A stretch of DNA of 48,410 bases from the NCBI GenBank assembly GCA_964456095.1, contig CAYVZF010000003.1:1-48410 (forward strand). Reading direction: 5' to 3'. A program made the position numbers and the translations under genes. This document shows, one piece after another, positions 1 through 10,194 of the stretch. Below the pieces are notes generated by a model. That model did no database searches. It had not been told where the DNA came from and saw nothing but the letters and a program-made list of their open reading frames with translations. The DNA is from an uncultured Erysipelotrichaceae bacterium (GTDB taxonomy: Bacteria; Bacillota_I; Bacilli_A; RFN20; CAG-449). Numbering within the stretch: position 1 is the first letter of the stretch; every line of letters starts with the position of its first letter.

Positions 1-21
1 AACATCCTTAAGGATGTTTTT
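1..21 (+). terminator. Rho-independent terminator of the gene lying upstream of the window
   Basis: Perfect 7-bp hairpin AACATCC-TTAA-GGATGTT (1-18) running into a T tract (17-21). Confidence 0.6.
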
Positions 22-23
22 AT

Positions 24-51
24 TTAACTTATTTTTTTTAATGTGTATAAT
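24..51 (+). promoter_or_regulatory. Candidate sigma-A promoter with extended -10 for the uppS operon
   Basis: TTAACT (24-29), then a spacer ending in TG, then TATAAT (46-51), giving TGTATAAT at 44-51. It lies about 20 nt upstream of the uppS start. Confidence 0.45.
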
Positions 52-71
52 ATTTTTAAGAGGTGATTTTA

Positions 72-830
72 GTGTCATTTTTTAAAAGAAAAAATAAAAG
101 ATCAAGCGACATAATAGAGACTAATATTAAACATATTGCTTTTATTATGGATGGTAATGGCCGTTGGGCAAAGAAAAGAGGCCTTCCTAGATCTTTAGGA
201 CATAGAGAAGGTTGTAAAAGAATAAAAGATATTACTCTTGCCTGTATTGATTTTAAATTAGAAGTCATGTCAATTTTTTGCTTTTCAACAGAAAACTGGA
301 AGAGATCAAAGAGTGAAATAGATTATTTGTTTAATTTATTAAAGATTTTTTTTGAAAAGGAAATTGATGAATTAGATGAACGTGGCGTTAAAGTTGTGAC
401 ACTTGGTGATTTAACTAGATTACCTATAGAAACACAAAATGTAATTTATAAAGCAAAAGAACGCACTAAGAATAATAAAAATTTTATTTTAAACATATGT
501 TTGAATTATGGTGGTAAAGATGAAATTGTACGCGCTGTTAAAGATGTTGCAATTGCACTTGAAAATAAAACTTTAAATAAAGAGGATATTAATGAAAAAG
601 TATTTGAATCTTTTATGGAAAGCCATGAACTACCACCAGTAGATGTAATGGTTAGAACATCTGGAGAACAACGTATTTCTAATTATATGCTTTGGGAAAT
701 AGCATATGCTGAACTTGTTTTTGTTGATGAACATTGGCCTGATTTTAAAAAAGATAATTTGAGAAGAGTTATTGAAATATATAACACTCGTGATAGAAGA
801 TTTGGAGGTGTAAAAAATGAAAGTAAATAA
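72..830 (+). CDS. uppS: Undecaprenyl-diphosphate synthase (isoprenyl transferase)
   Basis: Motifs IAFIMDGNGRWAKKRGL, FSTENWKR and RTSGEQRISNYMLWEIAYAELVF. The ORF track starts at GTG 63, but that codon sits inside the SD AAGAGGTGA (58-66), so GTG 72 is the more likely start. Confidence 0.93.
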   Translation: MSFFKRKNKRSSDIIETNIKHIAFIMDGNGRWAKKRGLPRSLGHREGCKRIKDITLACIDFKLEVMSIFCFSTENWKRSKSEIDYLFNLLKIFFEKEIDELDERGVKVVTLGDLTRLPIETQNVIYKAKERTKNNKNFILNICLNYGGKDEIVRAVKDVAIALENKTLNKEDINEKVFESFMESHELPPVDVMVRTSGEQRISNYMLWEIAYAELVFVDEHWPDFKKDNLRRVIEIYNTRDRRFGGVKNESK

Positions 831-1815
831 AGTATCAAATGATACAAAAAAGTCGTTAAAAACTAGAGTTATCGCGGCTTTTTTATTAAGCTTATTGTCT
901 ATTCCATGCCTTTTATTTGGCTCATGGTTTTGTATGGCTTTAATATTATTGATTGGTTTAGGATCATTATATGAGTTTAATAAAGCTATGAAGAAAAAAA
1001 TACCTTTATATATTTGTATTGTTGAACTTATTATGTTTTTATCATTAACATTTTGGGTATTTTTTAGAAATGATTTAGTAATGATTGATTTTAATTCGGT
1101 TATAAATAACATTCAAATGAAAGATATTTATATATCAACACTTGTAATTGTTTTATTTATTGCATTACTTTTTTTAGGACATTTAAGTTCTGATAAACTA
1201 GATATAAAAGAAATATCATATATTTTTATGATGACACTTTTTATTGCGCTTGGATGTCAATCTACTCTCTTTTTAAGATATTGCCCAACAATGCTTTATA
1301 ATGATGTTATTGTTGGTGATACTTCATTCTCTTATGATTTTTTCTTAGGTGAATCATTGCTTATAGTGTATGTTATTTTTACTACATTATTATGCGATAC
1401 ATGTGCATATTTTGTTGGTATATTTTTTGGAAAGCATAAAATGAATCCAAGAATTTCACCTAAAAAAACTTGGGAAGGTTTTGTTGGTGGAGTATTATTA
1501 TCTAGCATTATAAGTATTGGCTTTGTATTTTTATGTGATGCATTAGGTGCACCTGTATTAAAAGGAATTTTGGATTTAGAGCATTGGTATTATGTTATTT
1601 TCTTTTCTCCTTTAATTGCTGTATCTGGAGTACTTGGTGATTTAATGTTTTCTGCGATTAAAAGATTTTTTGGAATTAAAGATTTTGGAAAAATTATTCC
1701 TGGTCATGGTGGATTTTTAGATAGATTTGATTCTGTATTTATGGCTGTCTTTGTTTGTGCAACATTAATTGTATTTTTAGCACATAATCCATTTGGCTTA
1801 GGTTTTATCAAATAG
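817..1815 (+). CDS. cdsA: Phosphatidate cytidylyltransferase (CDP-diglyceride synthase), with a long N-terminal membrane region
   Basis: CDS signature GDLMFSAIKRFFGIKDFGKIIPGHGGFLDRFDS in a polytopic membrane protein. GGAGGTG SD at 803-809. 14-nt overlap with uppS. Conserved uppS-cdsA order. Confidence 0.9.
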   Translation: MKVNKVSNDTKKSLKTRVIAAFLLSLLSIPCLLFGSWFCMALILLIGLGSLYEFNKAMKKKIPLYICIVELIMFLSLTFWVFFRNDLVMIDFNSVINNIQMKDIYISTLVIVLFIALLFLGHLSSDKLDIKEISYIFMMTLFIALGCQSTLFLRYCPTMLYNDVIVGDTSFSYDFFLGESLLIVYVIFTTLLCDTCAYFVGIFFGKHKMNPRISPKKTWEGFVGGVLLSSIISIGFVFLCDALGAPVLKGILDLEHWYYVIFFSPLIAVSGVLGDLMFSAIKRFFGIKDFGKIIPGHGGFLDRFDSVFMAVFVCATLIVFLAHNPFGLGFIK

Positions 1816-1823
1816 GTGATATT

Positions 1824-2984
1824 ATGAAAAATATTTGCTTATTAGGTGCAACAGGTAGTATAGGACTTCAAACATGCGATATTATTAAAAATCATAAAGA
1901 TGTATTTAATCTTGTTGCTGTTTCTTGCAATAATAGCATTGATAAAATGAGAACTATTTTAAGTGATTTTCCCTCTATTAAATATGTTTGTGTTTCTTCT
2001 TTAATAAAAGAGGAATTGAAAAAAAATTTTAGTTATATAACTTTTTTTGATGGAGAAAATGGTCTTTTAGATTTAATTAAGAATTCTAATACTAATTTTG
2101 TAGTGAATGCGCTTGTTGGATTTGTTGGATTAAAACCAACAGTGTTTACTATTGAAAATGATATAGATATTGCTCTTGCTAATAAAGAATCTTTAGTGAT
2201 TGGTGGAGAATTAATTAATTCTTTACTTAAAATGCATACATCTTCACATCTATATCCGATTGATTCAGAACATGTTGCTCTTGCTAAATTATTAAAAAAT
2301 AGAGATTATAATACTATTGATTCTTTAATAATTACTGCTTCAGGAGGTAGTTTTAGAGACTTATCAAGAGATGAACTTGATAAAGTAACTATTAAAGATG
2401 CATTAAATCATCCATCTTGGTCTATGGGTGAAAAAATAACGATTGATTCAGCGACGATGGTTAATAAAGCTTTTGAAATAATAGAGGCTCATTATTTATT
2501 TAATTTTCCTCCGGAAAAAATTAAAGTATTGTTGCATGATGAATCTAAAGTACATTCTTTAATATTAATGAATGATAATTCTTTTATCGCGGATATTGGC
2601 CCTTGTGATATGAGAATTCCAATTGCGTATGCACTTTTTGAAGCTAATTACATAAAAGATGATAATTTACCTAAACTAGATTTAGAAAGCATAAGTGGAT
2701 TACATTTTAGAAAATTAGATAAAAAAAGGTATCCTGCTTTAGATTTTGCTTATAGAGTAATTAGTGAAAAAGGTACTCTTGGAGCGTGCTTTAATGCAAG
2801 TAATGAAGCATGTAATGAAGCATTTAGAAGTGGTAAGTTACCTTTTAATAAAATTGAATATATCATTAAAAGGATGATGGATTCACATAGAATTATAGAT
2901 AATCCTACATTAGAGGATTTAGTTTATGTACATAACTCTGTATATAACGAAACGAAAGAATATATTGATAAGGAGAAATGGTGA
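1824..2984 (+). CDS. dxr: 1-deoxy-D-xylulose-5-phosphate reductoisomerase
   Basis: LLGATGSIGLQT NADPH loop, NKESLV, DSEH and HPSWSMGEKITIDSATMVNK. Ends in TGA. Confidence 0.93.
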   Translation: MKNICLLGATGSIGLQTCDIIKNHKDVFNLVAVSCNNSIDKMRTILSDFPSIKYVCVSSLIKEELKKNFSYITFFDGENGLLDLIKNSNTNFVVNALVGFVGLKPTVFTIENDIDIALANKESLVIGGELINSLLKMHTSSHLYPIDSEHVALAKLLKNRDYNTIDSLIITASGGSFRDLSRDELDKVTIKDALNHPSWSMGEKITIDSATMVNKAFEIIEAHYLFNFPPEKIKVLLHDESKVHSLILMNDNSFIADIGPCDMRIPIAYALFEANYIKDDNLPKLDLESISGLHFRKLDKKRYPALDFAYRVISEKGTLGACFNASNEACNEAFRSGKLPFNKIEYIIKRMMDSHRIIDNPTLEDLVYVHNSVYNETKEYIDKEKW

Positions 2985-4189
2985 TGGATTTAATAAAAAA
3001 TTTGTTGATTTTTATTTTAAGCCTTGGAGTTTTAGTTTTAATTCATGAATTAGGACATTTTATTACTGCTAAAATTTTTAATGTTTATTGTAGAGAGTTT
3101 TCTATTGGCATGGGACCTCTTCTTTTTAAAATAAAAAAGCCAGAATGGGAAACACAATATTCAATTAGAATGCTTCCTGTTGGTGGATTTGTTTCAATGG
3201 TTGGAGAAGATGCTGGAGATAATGAAGGCTCTGGTGGTTATATTGATCCATCGAAAAAATTAGAAGAGAATTTAACAGAAGAAGATAGAAAAATACTTGA
3301 TCTTCCTAAAGAAAGACGACTTGATGGAATAGCGCGTTGGAAACGTTTAATTATTATGTCTGCAGGTGTAATAATGAATGTAATATTAGGATTTTGCTTA
3401 TTTATTGGACAAGGTGCAACTGGACTTGTTGCAAATGAAAATGCTAATTATTTGTATGTCAATAAATCTGTTGAAAATGGATATTTCCAAAGTCAAAATT
3501 ATGAAGGAAATCCAATATTAAGTGGTTCAGTTATAATAATTATTGATGGAAAAGAAGAAGTAAATGTTAATAAACAAGTAGAAAGTGTTGTTCAAGTAAA
3601 CGAATTAATTTACGGATATTTGAATAAATATACTCCAACTACAGAAAATGATGTAATTAGTTATGTTTTTGTTTGTGAAAAAAATGATAATAGTACATTT
3701 AATGTTGAATTTTCTATAAATACAATTAAAAATGACAATGATTCTTATTCTTTTGATACAAGTAAATTAGATATTAAGATTCCTGGTAGAAAAAGAACAT
3801 TTAGGGAAGTTATTACTTTTGCATTTGAGACTACAGGTGAAAGTGCAATCCTTATTTATAAAGGCCTAGCTTCTTTATTTACTCCTAGTGGATTAGATAA
3901 TGTTGGTGGACCGATTGCAATGTTTAAGATGTCAAGTCAAGCTGTTTCATATGGAATTTCTACTTATTTATATTTATGGGGAGTTATTTCTATAAATCTT
4001 GCTGTTATGAATTTTTTACCATTTCCAGGTCTTGATGGATGGCATTTTGTTGTTTTAATTGTTGAAAGTATTACTAGAAAAGAATTTCCATCGAAAATTA
4101 AAAATATAATTTCTATGATTGGCTTATTGCTATTATTCTCTTTAATGATTTTAATTACATTTAAAGATATATTCTTCCCAGTCATTTAG
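2984..4189 (+). CDS. rseP: RIP site-2 metalloprotease (M50), RseP/RasP family
   Basis: HELGHF zinc motif in TM1 and a C-terminal NFLPFPGLDG motif. ATG 2984 overlaps the dxr TGA (TGATG) and is 8 nt after AAGGAG. The track start at 2978 is too close to the SD. Confidence 0.88.
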   Translation: MDLIKNLLIFILSLGVLVLIHELGHFITAKIFNVYCREFSIGMGPLLFKIKKPEWETQYSIRMLPVGGFVSMVGEDAGDNEGSGGYIDPSKKLEENLTEEDRKILDLPKERRLDGIARWKRLIIMSAGVIMNVILGFCLFIGQGATGLVANENANYLYVNKSVENGYFQSQNYEGNPILSGSVIIIIDGKEEVNVNKQVESVVQVNELIYGYLNKYTPTTENDVISYVFVCEKNDNSTFNVEFSINTIKNDNDSYSFDTSKLDIKIPGRKRTFREVITFAFETTGESAILIYKGLASLFTPSGLDNVGGPIAMFKMSSQAVSYGISTYLYLWGVISINLAVMNFLPFPGLDGWHFVVLIVESITRKEFPSKIKNIISMIGLLLLFSLMILITFKDIFFPVI

Positions 4190-4206
4190 TGTTGGTTTAG
4201 TGTTTT

Positions 4207-7200
4207 ATGGATAGTGTGTTTATAAGATTTTTAAATAATTTAGGGATTACTGATTTATCTCCATATAATGAATGTGTGCTTACAAAATGTAAGTTTGAGA
4301 AAACAAATAATTTATTACTTGTAGAAATAAAAGCTAAAAATGTATTAAAATATTCAACATATAAAGCTGTTTTTGATGGATTAGAAAAATGTGAATATAA
4401 TACTCAATTGTCTTTTATTTACGATGAAGAGATTAATAAAGATAAATTATTTGAGTTACTTAAAGATGAATTTGTTTTATCAACTGGCTATGATGTTTTT
4501 TCTATGCCATCTTTTAGTTTTGATAAAAAAACTAATACGATTAATTTGATCTTTTTTGGTAAACTTCATGAATCTGTATTTAAACCTGTTTTAGAGTTAT
4601 GGGAAGAACTATTAGATCAAACCTCTTTAAACAATATATCTATTGATTATAAAGTATATAAAGATATGAATGAAATACAAAAAAGGGAAGAGCAATTAAA
4701 AAAACTTTTGCCTGAAATCGAAAAGAATTATTCAAATAGATTGAATGAAATTTATAATCCTAATTTTAATGAAAAAAGAAGAGTTAAGGGAAATTATGTT
4801 CCAATTAAGTTAGTTGATATTAATAAAGATATGGAAAATGTTTCTTTTACTGGAAAGGTATTTTTTGTTGATTCTAGAATTTCAAGAAAACAAAAAATGA
4901 TATTAACATTATATGTTTATGATAAAACTAATTCTGTTGAAGTAACAGTTTTTGAAAATAGAAGAAATTTTAAAAGAGAAAATCTAGAAAAAATTACTAT
5001 TGGATCGATTGTTATGATTCGTGGCGCAGTTAGTGAATCGAAATATACTTCTTCTTTACAAGTTATCGCGGATTTTATTACTTTTTCTGAAGAACCATTT
5101 GACCCTATTTATTTAGATGAAGCAGAAGAAAAAAGAGTTGAACTTCATGTTCATTCTAAAATGTCAAATATGGATGCTGTTTCTACTATGGATGATTATT
5201 GTTTACAAGCTTCTAAATGGGGCATGAAGGCAATCGCAATTACTGATCATGGTGTTGTTCAAGGCTATCCTGAAGCTCAAAAAGCAGCGAAAAAATATGG
5301 AATTAAAATGATTTATGGTATGGAAGCATATATGGTCGATGAAAAATTAGATTATATTATGAATCCTAGTGATGTTATTCTTAATAAATCTAGTTATTGT
5401 GTATTTGACTTTGAAACTACTGGATTATCTGCTAGATACGATAAAATCATTGAATTTGGCGCAGTTAAGGTTAAAGATGGAATGATAATTGATTCAATGG
5501 ATTTATTTATAGATCCTGAAATGGAATTAAGTGAAGTAACTACTAATTTAACACACATTACTACAGATATGGTTCGTGGTCAAACTAAAATTAAAGAAGC
5601 AATAAAAATAATGAAAGATTTTATTGGTGATTCTATTTTAGTATCGCATAATGCTTCTTTTGACGTTGGTTTTTTAAATGAAGCATTTATTAATAATGGT
5701 GAAAAAGAATTGACTAATCCAGTTATTGATACATTATCGCTTTCTAGATATATGTTTCCAAATAATAAAGCACATTCTTTAGGTGCGGTTGCAAGACAAT
5801 TTAATGTTAAATATGATGAAACTGTCGCGCATAGAGCTAATTACGATGCTGAAGTATTAAATGATGTATGGCATGCTATGCTTGCAGCGTTAACAAAACA
5901 AGATTATTATTTGAAACATAAAGATTTAAATGAATTAAGGTCTTCTGATATTTTTAAAAATCAAAGGCCTAAGCATGTTACAATTTATGCGAAAAATTTA
6001 AATGGATTAAAATCTTTGTATAAAATTGTTTCTGCTTCACATGTAGATTATTTTGCTTCTGGACCACGAGTTCCACGCTCATTAATTGAAAAGTATAGAA
6101 GTGATTTATTAATAGGAAGTGCTTGTTTTAATGGTGAAGTTTTCGATGCTGCGATTACAAGAGGAAAAAAAGCGCTTCAAGAAAAAATGGCTTTTTATGA
6201 TTTTATTGAAATTCAACCACCTGCAAATTATTCTTTCTTAGTTAATGATGGTCAAATATCTTCTTTTGATGATGTTATAAAAATATCAAAGGATTTAATC
6301 GCCGCGGCAGAAGAAATTAATAAAACTGTTGTTGCTACAGGTGATGTCCATTATTTACATAAAGAAGACAAAATATATCGTGATGTTTATATTTTTGCTA
6401 AAGCTGTTGGTGGAGGAAGACATCCTCTTAATCCGTATAGAAGAAAGAATTCTTCTTATGAAAATCCTGATCAACATTTTAGATCGACTTCAGAAATGCT
6501 TGATATGTTTTCATATTTAGGAAAAGAAAAAGCATATGAAATTGTTGTTACTAATTCTAATTTAATCGCAGATAGTTTTGAAACATTTAATGCGTTAAAA
6601 GATGGTACATATCCACCTTTTATTGAAAATGTTGCTGAAAAATTACAAGATAGAGTATATAAAAAAGCTTATGCTACTTACGGTAACCCTTTACCTGATA
6701 TTGTTAAAGAAAGATTAGAAGCCGAATTAAATGGTATTATTAAATATGGTTATTCTGTTCAATTCTATATTGCTAGTGAAATTGTTAGGAAAGCAAATTC
6801 TGATGGATTTATTGTTGGTTCTAGAGGCTCTGTTGGTTCTTCTTTTGTTGCTACAATGGCGGATATTACTGAAGTAAACTCATTGCCACCACATTATATA
6901 TGTCCAATTTGCAAACATTCTGAATTTATTTTAGATGGATCTGTTAAATCTGGCTATGATTTGCCTGATAAAAAATGTCCTCATTGTAATAAACTTATGC
7001 ATGCAGATGGACAAAATTTACCATTTGCTACTTTCTTGGGTTTTAAAGCTGAAAAAGTTCCTGACATTGATTTAAATTTTTCGGGAGATTATCAAGCTAA
7101 AGCTCATGAATTAACTAAAACCTTGCTTGGTGTTAATAATGTTTTTAGAGCTGGTACTATTGAAACAGTTGCGGAAAAAACAGCATATGGTTATGTTTTG

Positions 7201-8499
7201 GGATATTTTGAAGAATTAGGTATTGATCCTTCGCTTATTTCTAATGCTGAAAAAACTAGAATTGCTATTGGTTGTCAAGATGTTAAAAGAACTACTGGTC
7301 AACATCCTGGTGGTATTATTGTTATACCTGATGCATATGAAGTGTATGATTTTACACCTATTCAATATCCTGCAGATGATTTATCTGCTTCTTGGAAAAC
7401 AACACATTTTGATTTCCATGCGATACATGATAATGTTTTAAAACTTGATTTACTAGGACATGTTGATCCTACTGCATTAAAGATGCTAGGTGATTTAACA
7501 AATATTAATCCAATTACTGTCCCAATGAATGATAAAAAAGTTCATTCGATTTTTTCTTCAAGAGATGCATTAAACTGTATGGATAATTATTTAAATGAAA
7601 CTACAGGTGCATTAGGACTTCCTGAATTTGGTACTAACCTTACTAGACAGATGTTAGAGGAAATAAGACCTAAAACTTTCGCGGATCTTGTTATGATTTC
7701 TGGATTAAGTCATGGTACAGATGTTTGGGCTGGTAATGCTCAAGATTTAATTAAAAATAAAGTATGCGGTATTGAAGGAGTTATTGCTTGTAGAGATGAT
7801 GTTATGATTTATTTACAATCTTGTGGTATTGATAATTCTATTGCATTTAAAACTATGGAAGCAGTTAGAAAAGGAAAAAGAATTCCAGAAGAATATATGG
7901 ATACAATTGTCGAACATAATGTTCCTGAATATTATATTGAATCCGCGAATAAGTGTAAGTATTTATTCCCTAAGGCTCACGCTGTTGCATATGTTACTAT
8001 GGCTGTAAGAATTGCATGGTATAAAATATATCAACCTCTTGCATATTACGCTACATTCTTTTCTACACGTTCTAAACAATTTGATATTAAAGCAATGATG
8101 AGTGGTAAAAACGCTATTATTAACCGACTTGAAGAGATTAAAGAATTAAAGAATCAAAGGATGTCGTCCCCAAAGGATGAAGAGACAGAAAAGACTTTAA
8201 TTATTGCATTAGAAATGGCGGAAAGAGGATATAAAATAGGTAATATTGATTTATATAAATCAGACGCTAAAAATTTCTTGATTGATGAAAAGACACAAAT
8301 GTTAATTCCACCATTTATTGTTATTGATGGATTAGGACTAAATGCCGCACAAAGTGTTGTTGAAGCTAGAAAAATGCCATTCTTGTCACAAGAGGATTTG
8401 CTTGCAAGAACTAAACTTAATTCTCAAAATGTTGAAAATTTAAAAAAATTACATGTTTTAGATGATTTAGCAGAATGCGATCAAATGACTTTGTTTTAG
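4207..8499 (+). CDS. polC: DNA polymerase III alpha subunit, Gram-positive PolC type
   Basis: 1430 aa. PHP motif HVHSKMSNMDA, inserted 3'-5' exonuclease motif VFDFETTGL...HNASFDVGFL...HRANYDA, and a zinc-finger-like CPICKH...CPHC. Conserved position after rseP. Confidence 0.97.
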   Translation: MDSVFIRFLNNLGITDLSPYNECVLTKCKFEKTNNLLLVEIKAKNVLKYSTYKAVFDGLEKCEYNTQLSFIYDEEINKDKLFELLKDEFVLSTGYDVFSMPSFSFDKKTNTINLIFFGKLHESVFKPVLELWEELLDQTSLNNISIDYKVYKDMNEIQKREEQLKKLLPEIEKNYSNRLNEIYNPNFNEKRRVKGNYVPIKLVDINKDMENVSFTGKVFFVDSRISRKQKMILTLYVYDKTNSVEVTVFENRRNFKRENLEKITIGSIVMIRGAVSESKYTSSLQVIADFITFSEEPFDPIYLDEAEEKRVELHVHSKMSNMDAVSTMDDYCLQASKWGMKAIAITDHGVVQGYPEAQKAAKKYGIKMIYGMEAYMVDEKLDYIMNPSDVILNKSSYCVFDFETTGLSARYDKIIEFGAVKVKDGMIIDSMDLFIDPEMELSEVTTNLTHITTDMVRGQTKIKEAIKIMKDFIGDSILVSHNASFDVGFLNEAFINNGEKELTNPVIDTLSLSRYMFPNNKAHSLGAVARQFNVKYDETVAHRANYDAEVLNDVWHAMLAALTKQDYYLKHKDLNELRSSDIFKNQRPKHVTIYAKNLNGLKSLYKIVSASHVDYFASGPRVPRSLIEKYRSDLLIGSACFNGEVFDAAITRGKKALQEKMAFYDFIEIQPPANYSFLVNDGQISSFDDVIKISKDLIAAAEEINKTVVATGDVHYLHKEDKIYRDVYIFAKAVGGGRHPLNPYRRKNSSYENPDQHFRSTSEMLDMFSYLGKEKAYEIVVTNSNLIADSFETFNALKDGTYPPFIENVAEKLQDRVYKKAYATYGNPLPDIVKERLEAELNGIIKYGYSVQFYIASEIVRKANSDGFIVGSRGSVGSSFVATMADITEVNSLPPHYICPICKHSEFILDGSVKSGYDLPDKKCPHCNKLMHADGQNLPFATFLGFKAEKVPDIDLNFSGDYQAKAHELTKTLLGVNNVFRAGTIETVAEKTAYGYVLGYFEELGIDPSLISNAEKTRIAIGCQDVKRTTGQHPGGIIVIPDAYEVYDFTPIQYPADDLSASWKTTHFDFHAIHDNVLKLDLLGHVDPTALKMLGDLTNINPITVPMNDKKVHSIFSSRDALNCMDNYLNETTGALGLPEFGTNLTRQMLEEIRPKTFADLVMISGLSHGTDVWAGNAQDLIKNKVCGIEGVIACRDDVMIYLQSCGIDNSIAFKTMEAVRKGKRIPEEYMDTIVEHNVPEYYIESANKCKYLFPKAHAVAYVTMAVRIAWYKIYQPLAYYATFFSTRSKQFDIKAMMSGKNAIINRLEEIKELKNQRMSSPKDEETEKTLIIALEMAERGYKIGNIDLYKSDAKNFLIDEKTQMLIPPFIVIDGLGLNAAQSVVEARKMPFLSQEDLLARTKLNSQNVENLKKLHVLDDLAECDQMTLF

Positions 8500-8640
8500 A
8501 AGGCAAAACTATTTATATAGGTGAATATTATCTCCTATTAAAGCATATCAATTATCATTATATGTATTAGTACAACATAATAATGATTCATATATTTTGT
8601 TACTTTGGAATAATAAGTTACTAAAGTATTTTAAAATAAA

Positions 8641-8690
8641 AGATCTTACTACTGATTAACTATTGTAATCGTAATAAGATCTATTTTTTT
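8641..8690 (+). terminator. Probable polC terminator
   Basis: AGATCTTA (8641-8648) pairs with TAAGATCT (8675-8682) across a long, partly self-paired loop, followed by ATTTTTTT (8683-8690). Confidence 0.45.
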
Positions 8691-9070
8691 GTAATTATTA
8701 AATGACAAGATTAATTATTTTTACGAGATTAAATATTTGTAAACTAATTGAAAATATTATAACCATACGTTCTCGTGTTTTAATAGTTAATATTTTAAAG
8801 ATTTCATAGTCTTGTTCATTTTGGTCACATTAAAATGTCTTGGATGGTACTTCTTTTAATAAAGCTATCTATAATTTTAAAATCTTTTTTTGAAAAACAC
8901 TTCATTATTTTGTATATTCCACGAATTAAATGTTCGTTCATATTTAAATTGTTCAGTACACAATGTTTTTTTATCTTTCAAATAAATATTTTTACTGTTT
9001 TTATTTTAAAATGTCTCAAGATTTTTTCTTTTTTATTTGATTCTAGATTTTTTAACTAATCCGATTTATT

Positions 9071-9106
9071 AAAAAACTGAGGAGGAATTGGTTCATCTTT
9101 CTCAGT
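9071..9106 (-). terminator. Terminator of the XRE regulator gene
   Basis: 10-bp stem at 9076-9085/9097-9106 (ACTGAGGAGG / CTTTCTCAGT, two G-U pairs) with an 11-nt loop. The A6 run at 9071-9076 reads as a T tract on the minus strand. Confidence 0.6.
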
Positions 9107-9111
9107 TCTAA

Positions 9112-9402
9112 TTATTTATCTAATGCGTGTAATATTTCTTCAAGTGAACTAACTAGTTCATCTTTAGATAATGTTTTTAGTTTTGTTTTAATTTCTGAAA
9201 CCGATTTTTCTTTTGGATTGTGATCTATTAAATAATCTACTGAAACATGAAATACATCTGCAAGTTTCTTTAAATCATTAATGCATGGCTCAGTCTTATT
9301 GTTTTCCCAATTACTAATTGTTTGATTTGTACTATCTATAAGATTTGCTACATCTTCCTGAGAGTATTTATATATTTTTCTTAATTCTTTTAGTTTAAGC
9401 AT
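9112..9402 (-). CDS. XRE-family helix-turn-helix transcriptional regulator (96 aa)
   Basis: Cro/C1-type HTH: LKELRKIYKYSQEDVANLIDSTNQTISNWENNKTEPCINDLKKLADVFHVSVDYLI. GGTGA SD is 6 nt upstream of the ATG. Confidence 0.85.
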   Translation of the reverse strand: MLKLKELRKIYKYSQEDVANLIDSTNQTISNWENNKTEPCINDLKKLADVFHVSVDYLIDHNPKEKSVSEIKTKLKTLSKDELVSSLEEILHALDK

Positions 9403-9493
9403 GACCTATCACCATTAAAATTATATCTTTTTAAAATATTCATTGGAAAATATCTTGTAAAATCCAAAATAATGGTTATAAAATATAAACGAA

Positions 9494-9512
9494 TTCCAAT
9501 AATACTTTGGAA
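9494..9512. promoter_or_regulatory. Candidate operator palindrome in the divergent XRE / LRR intergenic region
   Basis: TTCCAA-TAATACT-TTGGAA, a perfect 6-bp inverted repeat just upstream of the SD of the 9546 gene. A related TTGGA-N15-TCCAA lies at 9444-9468. Confidence 0.35.
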
Positions 9513-9545
9513 AAAATGTTGTTTTTTTAGGAGAATATTTTATTA

Positions 9546-10088
9546 ATGTTTGTTTGTAAAAGATGTTTTAGTGATAAATTTGTTGATTTAAAATATTTTT
9601 ATGCTTGTAAGAATTGTAGAAAAACTTATTCAAAAGAAGAGATAATTTCTTCAATTGATTATTTAATTGATAATAATAAAAGTGTTATTGAAAAAGAATT
9701 ATATATAAATAGTTCGATAAATTTTGTTAAAATTCCTAAAAGCGTTATTACTATTAAAAAAGGTGCTTTTGAAAATTGTAAGAATTTAGTTTCAGTTTTT
9801 TTTGATAATGATAGCTTACTAGAAAGTATTGAAGATAATGTTTTTGTTAATTGCGTTAATTTGAGTAGTATAGATTTTCCTAAATCATTAAAACATTTAG
9901 GAAAAAATGTTTTTGATAATACTAAATTTTTAAAAAAAGCAGAAATTTTTAATGGTGTTAAGTATATAGGTAATTTAAATAATAATTATTATATTGCCTA
10001 TCAATTAGTAAATTTGAATAAAGAAATAAAGTTACATAAAGATACTATATTAATCACAGATGATGTTTTTGATAATAATATCATTTAA
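9546..10088 (+). CDS. Zinc-ribbon plus BspA-type (LRR_5) leucine-rich-repeat protein with no signal peptide
   Basis: N-terminal CxxC-N12-CxxC (CKRC...CKNC), followed by about 3 repeats of the IPKSVxxIxxxAFxNCxNLxSIxF type. Confidence 0.7.
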   Translation: MFVCKRCFSDKFVDLKYFYACKNCRKTYSKEEIISSIDYLIDNNKSVIEKELYINSSINFVKIPKSVITIKKGAFENCKNLVSVFFDNDSLLESIEDNVFVNCVNLSSIDFPKSLKHLGKNVFDNTKFLKKAEIFNGVKYIGNLNNNYYIAYQLVNLNKEIKLHKDTILITDDVFDNNII

Positions 10089-10194
10089 AAAAATTCAAAT
10101 ATTAATAATGTATATAATTAAGGATTGCAATAGTAAGCACATTATAAAAGCAAGAATAATTGATAATTGTTCAAATTCAAAATAATAATATAAA

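Noticed and set aside
56-1112. Minus-strand ORFs 56..268 and 630..1112 from the track.
   Set aside because: They lie antisense within the well-supported uppS and cdsA genes. They have a low-complexity Ile/Phe/Asn/Lys composition, no SD and no recognisable motifs. This is typical shadow-ORF behaviour in AT-rich DNA.
8835-9059. Plus-strand 74-aa ORF in the polC-downstream gap.
   Set aside because: It is a Phe/Leu/Ile-rich string with no SD, which looks like the antisense of A-rich sequence. It is treated as non-coding.
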